Shown: positions 40,267 to 50,900 of the stretch, piece after piece
Layout: every line of letters begins with the position of its first letter
Position numbering within the stretch: the first letter of the stretch is position 1
Origin: Penicillus capitatus
Lineage: Eukaryota > Plantae > Chlorophyta
Reading direction: 5' to 3'
Assembly (NCBI GenBank): GCA_965649825.1
Contig: OZ287717.1
Coordinates: forward strand, 11,001 to 75,000
Length of the DNA stretch: 64,000 nucleotides
Position numbers and translations under genes: made by a program
The notes under the pieces: model-generated
Seen by the model: only the letters and a program-made list of their open reading frames with translations
Told to the model about the DNA's origin: nothing
Databases searched by the model: none

Positions 40267-41687
40267 GAGGAGTTCCTTCCGATACCTGATTTTCCAGACT
40301 CTGCACACGATTGAGTGTCCAATACAGAAGTTCAGCGTTGTTCTTCAATCTTCAAGCCGACTCTACTCATCTCTTTCCTTATCCGCCTCTCCTTTGAATG
40401 TTGAAAGGTTGGATGTGTCCTTGGAACGATTCCTGTTTGTAATGTTGGAAATTCGAACTCTGTCCATGTTGAGATTGCTGATTCTCGGATGGAGTGGAAC
40501 GAACTAAGAGACACAATGGAGTGTCTTTGAATGGCACTTCGCTCCGTAGAAAGGTGTCGGAAGAGAAACAACCAGGAGATACGTCCGCGAACGTTCTCTG
40601 AGTAAAAGCGATTGCTGTGCTGCTGACTGTCTAACTGCACAAAGTACTGACAACCAGTAAGTGGTAAGTCATATCTGCGTGCTTCGTGTTCCAATCGATG
40701 ATGTTGGAATCGTGCTGAATCCCTTGATCGTAACGCCTCTACTGAGCTTTGGAATAAGGACAAATGCATCCATTTGAGTCATAACGACATAAACACATGC
40801 ATGTCTTTAACTGGTTTCGATGCACATGATGTCATTCATCTGTTTACTCAATCAGGCGTTCTAAAGAGGATGGAAATGATCCGTTCCACGGAACTTTTGA
40901 GATGTACAATGTCATGGACGAGATTCCAATTTACTTGTTGATGTCGACCTTCACAGCGGGAAGATGATCATCGTCGTTCATTGACTGCCATTCCAGTACA
41001 TAGCAGTAGGCAGTTTCTTGTGGTGCTCACAGAGTGAACGATTCCCAGTTCATCGAATGAAACACAGTCAAAAACTATGCGTGTGATGTACTCAGAAGCA
41101 AGATTAGACATCATGGGTAGAATGCAGCACTGGATATAACACATGTGCACAGATCCTTGAAGCAATTGCGATTTTTTGATTGCTCATTGCTTATTACGAG
41201 AGATGGGTGGAGTAAGCGAGCGACACATTCCACCCAATCTACGGAGCATGGCATGAAGTGCATGTCCTTGGGCACATACAGAAGTGACTTTTCACATCCC
41301 CTTTGTGTAATCATTCAGCCGATATCTAAACATCCTGGCAATGTCATGCTGATCGTCAACTGTGTTAGACCCAAACAGAAAATAAAACTGTTAAGAGATG
41401 ATGGTGAATCCTGGTGCATTTGATTGGTAGTGCAACACCGCGATTTGTTTGATGTCTTAAATCTCTCTGTATGCACACTCCTGTAGCAGACTGTTTTATG
41501 TGCGATAGAAACAGCCGCATCTAAGAAAATGACCTTATTGCAATTTTCAGGCAGGAATCACAACGTGAGTCGGGTAAATCGAAAATGATGTGTTTATTCC
41601 ACTTTGACGGTTAGGAGGGTTAAATTGCGGCGCCCGCCTTGAATTCCGCCCATCTTTGTTTTCTCTTTCGCGTTGGTCGGAACAAAA

Positions 41688-43274
41688 ATGAAACTCGTTG
41701 CGGTCCTTCTTATCACAGTAAGTCTCCGAGAAGCATTCGTGGTTCCTTTCTATGTAACATTCGCCTTATTATGAGAGTTTGTTTAGTGTTGCCTCACCGG
41801 AGGTTACTGTAAGACCGCCGAATTCCACACACAGAGACAGTTGTTGAAGAGAGCAAAGGCATCAACAAGCACGAGTGCCAAAAGTAGCAGTTCGGAAGGT
41901 CGAGCTTCAACCGCCGCTTCAGCAAAGTCGACTGGGGGAGAAGCGGAAGCTGTGGCCACGGCAACATCGGAGGTCACGTGTTTGTGCAAAAGATGCCTCG
42001 GACGAATCTCTCGAGTCTTTTAGGCATTCACAAAAGTCAGTAACGAACTCGTGGACTACTTCGAATACGCCTTCAACAACTTGGATGAAGACCAAGGAGA
42101 CCAAACCACAGACGAGTATTGCACAAACGCCATGTCCATTCTGGAAAAGGAGCTCGAAGCAGCCGGAGAGGTCACAGCATCTGCTTATTCTGAGGCCATC
42201 GCCACCGTCGAAGTCTCAGGTATGCATCATAAAGACCAGATATGAACTTGGTGATTAAGACAGACATTTGACAGGGGAAGGAGAGGCGTGTGCCTCTGGA
42301 GATGCTTCTGCTGAAAGCCAGGCGTCTGGTTACGCAAAGGTCGTCGCTGAAGCCATAGCAGAAGCGTCCAACAAGGTTACGAAAGCTGAAGCTGAGGCGG
42401 CGGTAGAAGCAGTTGTCGAAGTCATCGCCGCAGTAAGAAAACTGCTAGTCATGCATACATTACTGAGGCTTAATGATCCCTGACCTAATATTCGACAATG
42501 TTTCGTCAATCATCAAAATCGAGATCGTGTGAATGACTGTAGGCATTTACAACTGCATTTGCAGCGGCATGTTTGTCAGGGGAGGGATCAGCTTTGGCCA
42601 TGCAGACTTCGCTTGCTCAAGCAATCAGCAGACCTCTTGCATCTGCCACTGTTTTGGTCATTGCTGAAGTCGACTGTTCCAAAAGTCCATCCATCACACA
42701 TTCTTCGTGAAATCTTGCTGATTTTGTGTCCTACAGCTGCTGGGTTTTCTGAAGTGGATGCAGCAGCCGAAGGCAGTGCTGATGAAACCATAGTTGCGGA
42801 GTCGGAAGGCACAACCGAGATCACAGGTAATAACAGAACGTCGTGGGACGAACGGCACTTGGAGATCACACGGTTCCTGTTGCATCGATGTTTTTTTGTT
42901 ACAGGTAAGGGCTCAGCAGAATCCGGGGGAGAGGCTGAAGCCTTTACTGCAACACTTGAACGCTGTTCTGGCAAATATTATCTGTGCTGTCGAGAGCGAA
43001 ACGATACTTGCACGTGCAGTTTGACAAGGTAAGCTGTATAGACTGTCAGCTGAGAGGGTCCTGTTGAGATGTTGCTGACCAACTGTCTTGCTCTCTCTAA
43101 CGACAGGCTATCTCCAACATCCAGATAACTGTGTTCTTCTTTAGCCGTTCCAAGAGATGCGATGCGGTGAGAGTGAAGTACGACGAAGGCGAGTACTGGA
43201 GTGATGATCACAACGAAGTCTATTGCAAATGCCCCACAAGACGTGCACACACAACGCATCTCCCGGTTGTTTAA
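41688..43274 (+). CDS. Secreted Ala/Ser/Glu-rich protein with a C-terminal Cys-rich domain (paralog B)
   Basis: MKLVAVLLIT| signal exon; same exon structure as 38701-40266; ends KRCDAVRVKYDEGEYWSDDHNEVYCKCP...*. Confidence 0.75.
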
Positions 43275-43846
43275 TCATGTGAACATTTTTGAATCAGATG
43301 AATTCAAAACCCACACACACTTTGGCGGACCAGGACGGTTCGTTCTCTAGTCGTTGCCATGTCTTTCTTGTTTGTGACGTTGTTGATGTTTCTAAAGCAA
43401 GCCGTTTGGCACTAAAAACCTAATGACAACTTGCAATGTTCATTTTAAGAGTGTCTGTTAGAATCGTGTGTTTACAACAATCGCCCTTCATCAAAGCTCG
43501 GCGGAATGATGCGACTTTTAAACGGCTACCACATACACAACGTTTCGCCTTGTCAGCTGGAAATCGTGACGTCAGCTTGAAAAAGGACAAAGGACGTGAA
43601 TTCCATGAGGAAGTCTTGGCACTGTGAGATCAAAATAACTTCCAACACGCCGCCTCACTCTGGTTATTCGCAACGCAGCCATTGTGTATAATGAGCCATG
43701 GCTGAGCGACATTTATCGCAGATGTTTCAACCAGACGTACAATACATTTCTGCAGCCAGACTGTATCTGCGAATTTGATTACCTCCATCGTCGAACACTC
43801 ACGTTTCCTCCTCGGCTGTTCTCTCCGAAGAGACGTTCGAATAGAA

Positions 43847-45266
43847 ATGAACGCGGAAAGCGCTCCTATTGACACCGAAACGCAAGTGGGGGCAATGCAG
43901 ATGTTGGAATAGCCGTTCTAGTTTTCTTTGCGAAAAGGGAGCTTGGCTGAAACAAGTGTCCGAAGCGGTCGAAAAGAAATCCTTCGTCAAGAGGAACGCA
44001 ACCAAACAATCCTTCAAAGTTTATGATGTGGCAGAGACAGCACCGAGGGAATACATCTGTCCCATTTCGCTGGAGCTGATGAGAGATCCTGTGCTTCTGG
44101 TCGAGACTGGACAGGTTTACGACCGTTCCTCCATAGAAGGCTGGTTTAAAGCAGGGAAAAGCAGCTGTCCGGTTTCCGGGGCAAAAGTGAAACAAATGCG
44201 ACTGAGCTCAATTTTTCCTCTACGTTCTGCTATACAAACTTATGCAAAAGAACATCAAATTGATCTGGATTATGCAGAGAGTGCATCTGAGATGGATGAG
44301 TCTCCGACAGCTGAACCTACCTTGTCTGGGAGGTTATTTGACGGGATATCTGTGTATGATATCCGCGGATTATGTCAGATGATGGACGACTCAGACTCCG
44401 GACAGAAGGCAACTGCTCTGAAATTGCTTGCTGACATGTCACGGTACAGTCGGTGTATTTGATGATCACATTGTATTGTTACGTGCATGTCGATTTGCTC
44501 TCAGATTCGGTGATACCTGTCAAAGGATGAAGATCAATCGAATCTTGGCCAAAGACAGACTCATTTCTATCTTTCAGGATTCCGAGACGGAGATGATAAA
44601 AATCCACTCCGCAAGATTGCTTCTTCACTTACCTGGTCACTACTTTGACTTGAAACAGCAGCTGAAGCTTCTAACATATAACGACTTGGTATTACGGGAG
44701 GAAGTCCTTGTGCGGTTGTGGAAACATGCTTACCGACATCGATCCAGAATGTTTGAACTTGCAACGTTCATGGAGAAGAACGGAGCTGAGGAGATCATTT
44801 CGATCTGCCGAAGACTTGCAGATCCCACTGGGAACACAGAGATTCCAGATGAAGTCTGTCAATGCACAGATGACGGTACCTTACTTAGCACTTGGGTCGT
44901 TCTGTTGTGCAGATTAGGATGTACGCGACATTTGTTCTCGCATGTGCTGCCTTCAAGAGATCGACTAGAAACACAGCAATTGACCAAGAAACCATACCAT
45001 TGTTGGTGAATCTTCTGCATTCAACGTCGAATCTTGGCTTCAGATTTTGTCTCATGAAAGCACTGCAATACTTGTCTGAAGATAGCGAGGGACGAAACCA
45101 AGTTATTCGTGCGGGTGAGTGTCAAATGTCGCATGATGTATTTCTTGCAAGAGTGCTGATTGCGCGTTATCAGGTGGCGTTCGCATCTTTGTCACACATC
45201 TGCCTCCAAGAAACAAGAATATTCACTACTCCACGCGAATCTACCTGGATTGGTTCGCATGGGTGA
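43847..45266 (+). CDS. U-box / ARM-repeat E3 ubiquitin ligase (PUB-like); start uncertain
   Basis: PREYICPISLELMRDPVLLVETGQVYDRSSIEGWF..GKSSCPVS (U-box); TIPLLVNLLHS, ALQYLSED..GRNQVIRAGG (ARM-like). Confidence 0.85.
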
Positions 45267-45520
45267 CAGTGGCCGAGACAGCAGTGAAGGCACTCTACTA
45301 TCTAGCCTTCGAGAGTCAAGGTCGGGCAGAAATGCGGACGACCGCGACGATGAAAGCCCTTCGCTTAATGGTCAATCACAGCTCATTTCCAGACACTTGC
45401 CGCTCGAGGTAAGAACTCTCAGTGACCTCCTACCCATTCCATGACCTCTTCACTGTTGGGCCCTGAACTTCTGCTATGCCTAATCGAGAATTGTGTTATT
45501 CAGGTATCTGATGCCGTTGC

Positions 45521-45961
45521 TCAGCAGGCTCTCGGCGCACGCATCATCGTAATTGTAAAAATCAACATTGATGTTGTCATGTTGACGAGTTTGATTGTAC
45601 AATGTTGCTGTTTATCACAGCCTTGATTCCTACAGTATTGGTGGCTGGATTGTCCGTCTGCAACTCGAATTAGTGCTTGCGCCCGAGACCAGTTCCTGAC
45701 ATAGTCGGTTCTTCGTCCAGTTCGGGTCGCGTGGGGGGAGCTTGGTATCGCTGCGTCAAACACGCATTTCCGTACGATGGTCGATAACGAGGGAAGTCGG
45801 TGTTTCTTTTCTCTTAGCAATTCCCAGAAATCGGCGGTCGGCGCTGCGCTGGAGTACAGGAGTTGCTCGAAGGCCGCGTCGTCGAATGTTTCTCCCGGTT
45901 CGGGTGGGAGCTGCGTAGGTTCGCCGGATGGGTTGGCTCCATACAATGACTCGGGTTCCAT
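45521..45961 (-). mobile_element. Possible hAT transposase C-terminal dimerisation-domain remnant
   Basis: EQLLY...ADFWELLREKKHRLPSLSTIVRK...AIPSS resembles the hATC pattern (WW....YP.L..LAR..L.IPASS). No catalytic core or TIRs seen. Confidence 0.35.
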
Positions 45962-46621
45962 AAGGAAGAATCAATTCCACATGTATCCTATACAGACTTA
46001 AAGGGTTTCAGTCATCTGTGGATCATCTACGTCTTCCATGAGAATACAAATTTGCACAAACGGCTTGGAGGGAAGGGATTCAAAGCAAAGATTCGAATGT
46101 CCCAATAAACGGAAGGGGAAATAGCAATTAGCATATTCGCTACAAGGACACCTCGCCGTTTCAACATATTGGCCTGAGCATAGCCAGAATTCTTCATATA
46201 AGTGTTTTCTACAATGAAGAGAAGAAATCTAAGCTGACTTACCTTTCTCGTGATAGACTGGAGTCGGATGCGTTTACTTTGCCGAGATTGAGATGACTGA
46301 TTGTCAGAGGAAAGCTTTGCGTTCTTACAGAGCTAAAGGTAAACATGCGTTCGCATCCATGTTTTCATATGCTACAGGTGACATGACACGCCATGTAAGC
46401 GCCCCTTCGGAGATGGAACCCTTGGATTCCAAGACAGTCACGATGTGACAGTCTTGTCATTCCGACACTGATGATACTCCAATTTTGGTCATCAATCCCT
46501 AAATTCCAAGCTACGATTCGGTGTTAAATGCCCAACTACCAGACAGGTCCGCTCAAGAAGAAGCCTCAAAACAAGCTACTGCACCTCGAAAGTCGCCGTT
46601 CGTCCTCCCCGGAGAGAAGAC

Positions 46622-47215
46622 ATGCATCATGATATTATGCGAAATCTCACACGACATACAGCAGGGGAAGGTGTTATGCGACTGCGTTGCAGCAAAGGCA
46701 TAGATCTGTTCACTCTTTGTTGCGCATTAAGCAATGACTTAGGACTGAACATCACCTCTTTCTGCGGACACTTCTTCGTCCGTTCTTCGGATCTGCTGTC
46801 TTTGCCGATGTGCGATCCAGACAAGGCATTTTCTGTTGCGATAAAGCACGACGAGATGGTTTTGGACGGCAACGTAGCCGGTCTGCAGTGTGCCTTGCGC
46901 GATACATCTTCCTCGGGCGAACGGCTCATCAGGTTTGCACCTCCATACGATGCATCACCCAGAGACAGATTTTCTTACAGGGTTCACACTCTGCAATCTC
47001 CTGTAAAGCATGATCTCCCAGATCTATATCGCGGAGCTGATGCTGCTGCAATCATCTCGTTGATGTCAAACTTCGAGGTAGATAGGTCATACAGTTCGAG
47101 AATCTGCTCTGCACAAAAATCGATTGAGGGAAGTCTGATTGCCGGATTGTGTGAATACACGCACTCGACCCATTCTCGCCTTCTCCTTGTACAAGAGCTC
47201 TATCAATCGGTCGTA
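46622..47215 (+). pseudogene. Sec24 fragment (beta-sandwich plus start of the helical domain), degenerate
   Basis: RNLTRHTAGEGVMRLRCSK|GLNITSFCGHFFVRSSDLLSLP, GERLIR|VHTL, LYRGADAAAI. Conserved LLYT reads LRDT; one intron has a GC donor; no zinc finger, trunk or gelsolin domain. Confidence 0.7.
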
Positions 47216-47255
47216 ATCTGCGAATTCGGCGTCGACTCGTCGAAAGCCGTACGAA

Positions 47256-47908
47256 ATGTCGAGCACGGGTCATGGGCAGCAACCGTCATCATTCAGACGG
47301 CTAGATGTACCTCTCCACGTCCGCCAAGGTTCTTTTGAGATTGAGCGCATTAAATTAAATTGTTCTTCGTCTTGGAGACTGCGTTCGTCTGTTTGGAAAT
47401 TGCGTTCATCGTTTACGTACGATGTTGTGGTCGTTTGGCAGAGGTCGCGCAATGGGTGGAGAATACGAAATTCAACAAACGGTTGCGGCTTCAGCTTGAA
47501 AGTAAGCGTACGAACGCAACTCTTTTCTGTCGTGACGGTGGCGTGTAGAAGCAGAAGAAGACAGCGAAAGCCACGGAGAGTGGTTTTATGGAATCGTCAG
47601 TGATGGCGTCCATAAAATCCCGGCATTCCTGAGGGGTATGGCCACGAATGAGGTGATGCAGTCGGGGTCGAACTTCTCTGATTTGCTCGGCATAGTGGTC
47701 GAGGTCACCGACTGCAGCATCTCCAACGCCGATTGCCAGAAGTGTGCATCTGACTCAAAAAAAACGGCGTTAGTCTCTTCTTCCTAGGGTACTTGTCATT
47801 GATGTCTGCCGTGTCCTTCGCAACCGTGCGACAGTCGGAAGTCCGATGTTCTCCGACACGGAGTACATCGGCGATCATGACATCTGTGAACGTCGACCTG
47901 TCAGCTGA
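47256..47908 (+). CDS. Small spliced OB-fold protein (TPP1/Est3- or RPA70N-like); first exon tentative
   Basis: Exons 47442-47501, 47549-47741 and 47788-47908, joined by 47- and 46-nt GT-AG introns, give AQWVEN...RLRLQLE...WFYGIVSDGVHKIPAFL...LLGIVVEVTDCSI...KVLVIDVCRVL...TVGSP in one frame. Confidence 0.6.
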
Positions 47909-47979
47909 GTCCGGGCCGGATGGCGAATCGCCCGTCCGAACACCTCGGCGTCTTGGTTCGCCTAAGTGCTGGAGCCCAG

Positions 47980-50900
47980 CGTCACATCAGGTGTAACGCG
48001 TGCTCTCAGTGACTCGCTGAAGTGCACGATGCTGCCGGCGACACGGTCGAGCGAGGGTGGGGATGGGTCAGCGGGGACGAGTGGATGCTAACGGACCCTT
48101 GGTTGGAGCCCGACGGCGGCGTTCTCGGGCTGTGGCGCGACCTTTCCGGATTCGACATTTCGGCACACTACGGCCGACGGAGGGCCCACCGTCGGCAGAC
48201 TACAACGCAGACGGGTGCGGGACGTCTCGGGACACACCGCGGATGCCGATCGGTGCAAGCTCGTTTGGCTTTGGGCGGTGTCGTACTTGGTTGAAATCGA
48301 GGCCGTTACGTCGCATCAGGTGTAACCTGGCCTGTCAGTACGATCTGGAAGTGCACGATGACGCCGGCGACACGGTCGAGCGAGGGTGGGAATGTGTCGG
48401 CGGGGTCGAGTGGATGCCGACGGACCCTTGGTTGGAGCCCGACGGCGGCGTTCTCGGGCTGTGGCGCGGCCTTTCCGGATTCGACATTTCGGCACACTGC
48501 GGCCGACGGAGGGCCCACCGTCGGCAATCTTCGACGCAGACGGGTGCGGGACGTCTCGGGACACGTCGCGGATGCCAATCGGTGCAAGCTCGTTTGGCTT
48601 TGGGCGGTGTCGTACTTGGTTGAAATCGTGGCGGTTACGTCGCATCAGGTGTAACCTGGCCTGTCAGTACGATCTGGAAGTGCACGATGACGCCGGCGAC
48701 ACGGTCCAGCGAGGGTGGGAATGTGTCGGCGGGGTCGAGTGGATGCCGACGGACCCTTGGTTGGAGCCCGACGGCGGCGTTCTCGGGCTGTGGCGCGACC
48801 TTTCCGGATTCGGCATTTCGGCACACTACGGCCGACGGAGGGCCCACCGTCGGCAGACTACAACGCAGACGGGTGCGGGACGCCTCGGGACACACCGCGG
48901 ATGCCGATCACCGGAGGTTCGTTTTGCTTTGGGCGGTGTCGTACGGAGTTGAAATCGAGGCCGTTACGTCGCATCAGGTGTAACCTGGCCTGTCAGTACG
49001 ATCTGGAAGTGCACGATGACGCCGGCGACACGGTCGAGCGAGGGTGGGAATGTGTCGGCGGGGTCGAGTGGATGCCGACGGACCCTTGGTTGGAGCCCGA
49101 CGGAGGCGTGCTCGGGCTGTGTCGCGGCCTTTCCGGATTCGACATTTCGGCAGATTGCGGCCGACGGAGGGCCCACCGTCGGCAATCTTCGACGCAGACG
49201 GGTGCGGGACGTCTCGGGACACGTCGCGGATGCCAATCGGTGCAAGCTCGTTTGGCTTTGGGCGGTGTCGTACTTGGTTGAAATCGTGGCGGTTACGTCG
49301 CATCAGGTGTAACCTGGCCTGTCAGTACGATCTGGAAGTGCACGATGACGCCGGCGACACGGTCCAGCGAGGGTGGGAATGTGTCGGAGGGGTCGAGTGG
49401 ATGCCGACGGACCCTTGGTTGGAGCCCGACGGCGGCGTTCTCGGGCTGTGGCGCGGCCTTTCCGGATTCGACATTTCGGCACACTGCGGCCGACGGAGGG
49501 CCCACCGTCGGCAATCTTCGACGCAGACGGGTGCGGGACGCCTCGGGACACACCGCGGATGCCGATCGGTGCAAGCTCGTTTGGCTTTGGGCGGTGTCGT
49601 ACGGAGTTGAAATCGAGGCCGTTACGTCGCATCAGGTGTAACCTGGCCTGTCAGTACGATCTGGAAGTGCACGATGACGCCGGCGACACGGTCGAGCGAG
49701 GGTGGGAATGTGTCGGCGGGGTCGAGTGGATGCCGACGGACCCTTGGTTGGAGCCCGACGGAGGCGTGCTCGGGCTGTGGCGCGGCCTTTCCGGATTCGA
49801 CATTTCGGCACACTGCGGCCGACGGAGGGCCCACCGTCGGCAATCTTCGACGCAGACGGGTGCGGGACGTCTCGGGACACACCGCGGATGCCGATCGGTG
49901 CAAGCTCGTTTGGCTTTGGGCGGTGTCGTACGGAGTTGAAATCGAGGCCGTTACGTCGCATCAGGTGTAACCTGGCCTGTCAGTACGATCTGGAAGTGCA
50001 CGATGACGCCGGCGACACGGTCGAGCGAGGGTGGGAATGTGTCGGCGGGGTCGAGTGGATGCCGACGGACCCTTGGTTGGAGCCCGACGGAGGCGTGCTC
50101 GGGCTGTGGCGCGGCCTTTCCGGATTCGACATTTCGGCACACTGCGGCCGACGGAGGGCCCACCGTCGGCAATCTTCGACGCAGACGGGTGCGGGACGTC
50201 TCGGGACACGTCGCGGATGCCGATCGGTGCAAGCTCGTTTGGCTTTGGGCGGTGTCGTACTTGGTTGAAATCGTGGCCGTTACGTCGCATCAGGTGTAAC
50301 CTGGCCTGTCAGTACGATCTGGAAGTGCACGATGACGCCGGCGACACGGTCGAGCGAGGGTGGGAATGTGTCGGCGGGGTCGAGTGGATGCCGACGGACC
50401 CTTGGTTGGAGCCCGACGGCGGCGTTCTCGGGCTGTGGCGCGGCCTTTCCGGATTCGACATTTCGGCACACTGCGGCCGACGGAGGGCCCACCGTCGGCA
50501 GACTACAACGCAGACGGGTGCGGGACGCCTCGGGACACACCGCGGATGCCGATCGGTGCAAGCTCGTTTGGCTTTGGGCGGTGTCGTACTTGGTTGAAAT
50601 CGAGGCCGTTACGTCGCATCAGGTGTAACCTGGCCTGTCAGTACGATCTGGAAGTGCACGATGACGCCGGCGACACGGTCCAGCGAGGGTGGGAATGTGT
50701 CGGAGGGGTCGAGTGGATGCCGACGGACCCTTGGTTGGAGCCCGACGGCGGCGTTCTCGGGCTGTGGCGCGGCCTTTCCGGATTCGACATTTCGGCACAC
50801 TGCGGCCGACGGAGGGCCCACCGTCGGCAGACTACAACGCAGACGGGTGCGGGACGCCTCGGGACACACCGCGGATGCCGATCGGTGCAAGCTCGTTTGG

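Noticed and set aside
40300-41450. Possible gene between the two Ala-rich paralogs
   Set aside because: Short ORFs on both strands with no recognisable motif and no consistent splice path.
1-47900. Non-canonical genetic code (TAA/TAG = Gln) as in some ulvophytes
   Set aside because: Conserved genes end at TAA/TAG at expected positions (TMEM18, PAM16, NACHT-WD40). In-frame stops occur only in introns or decayed TE sequence.
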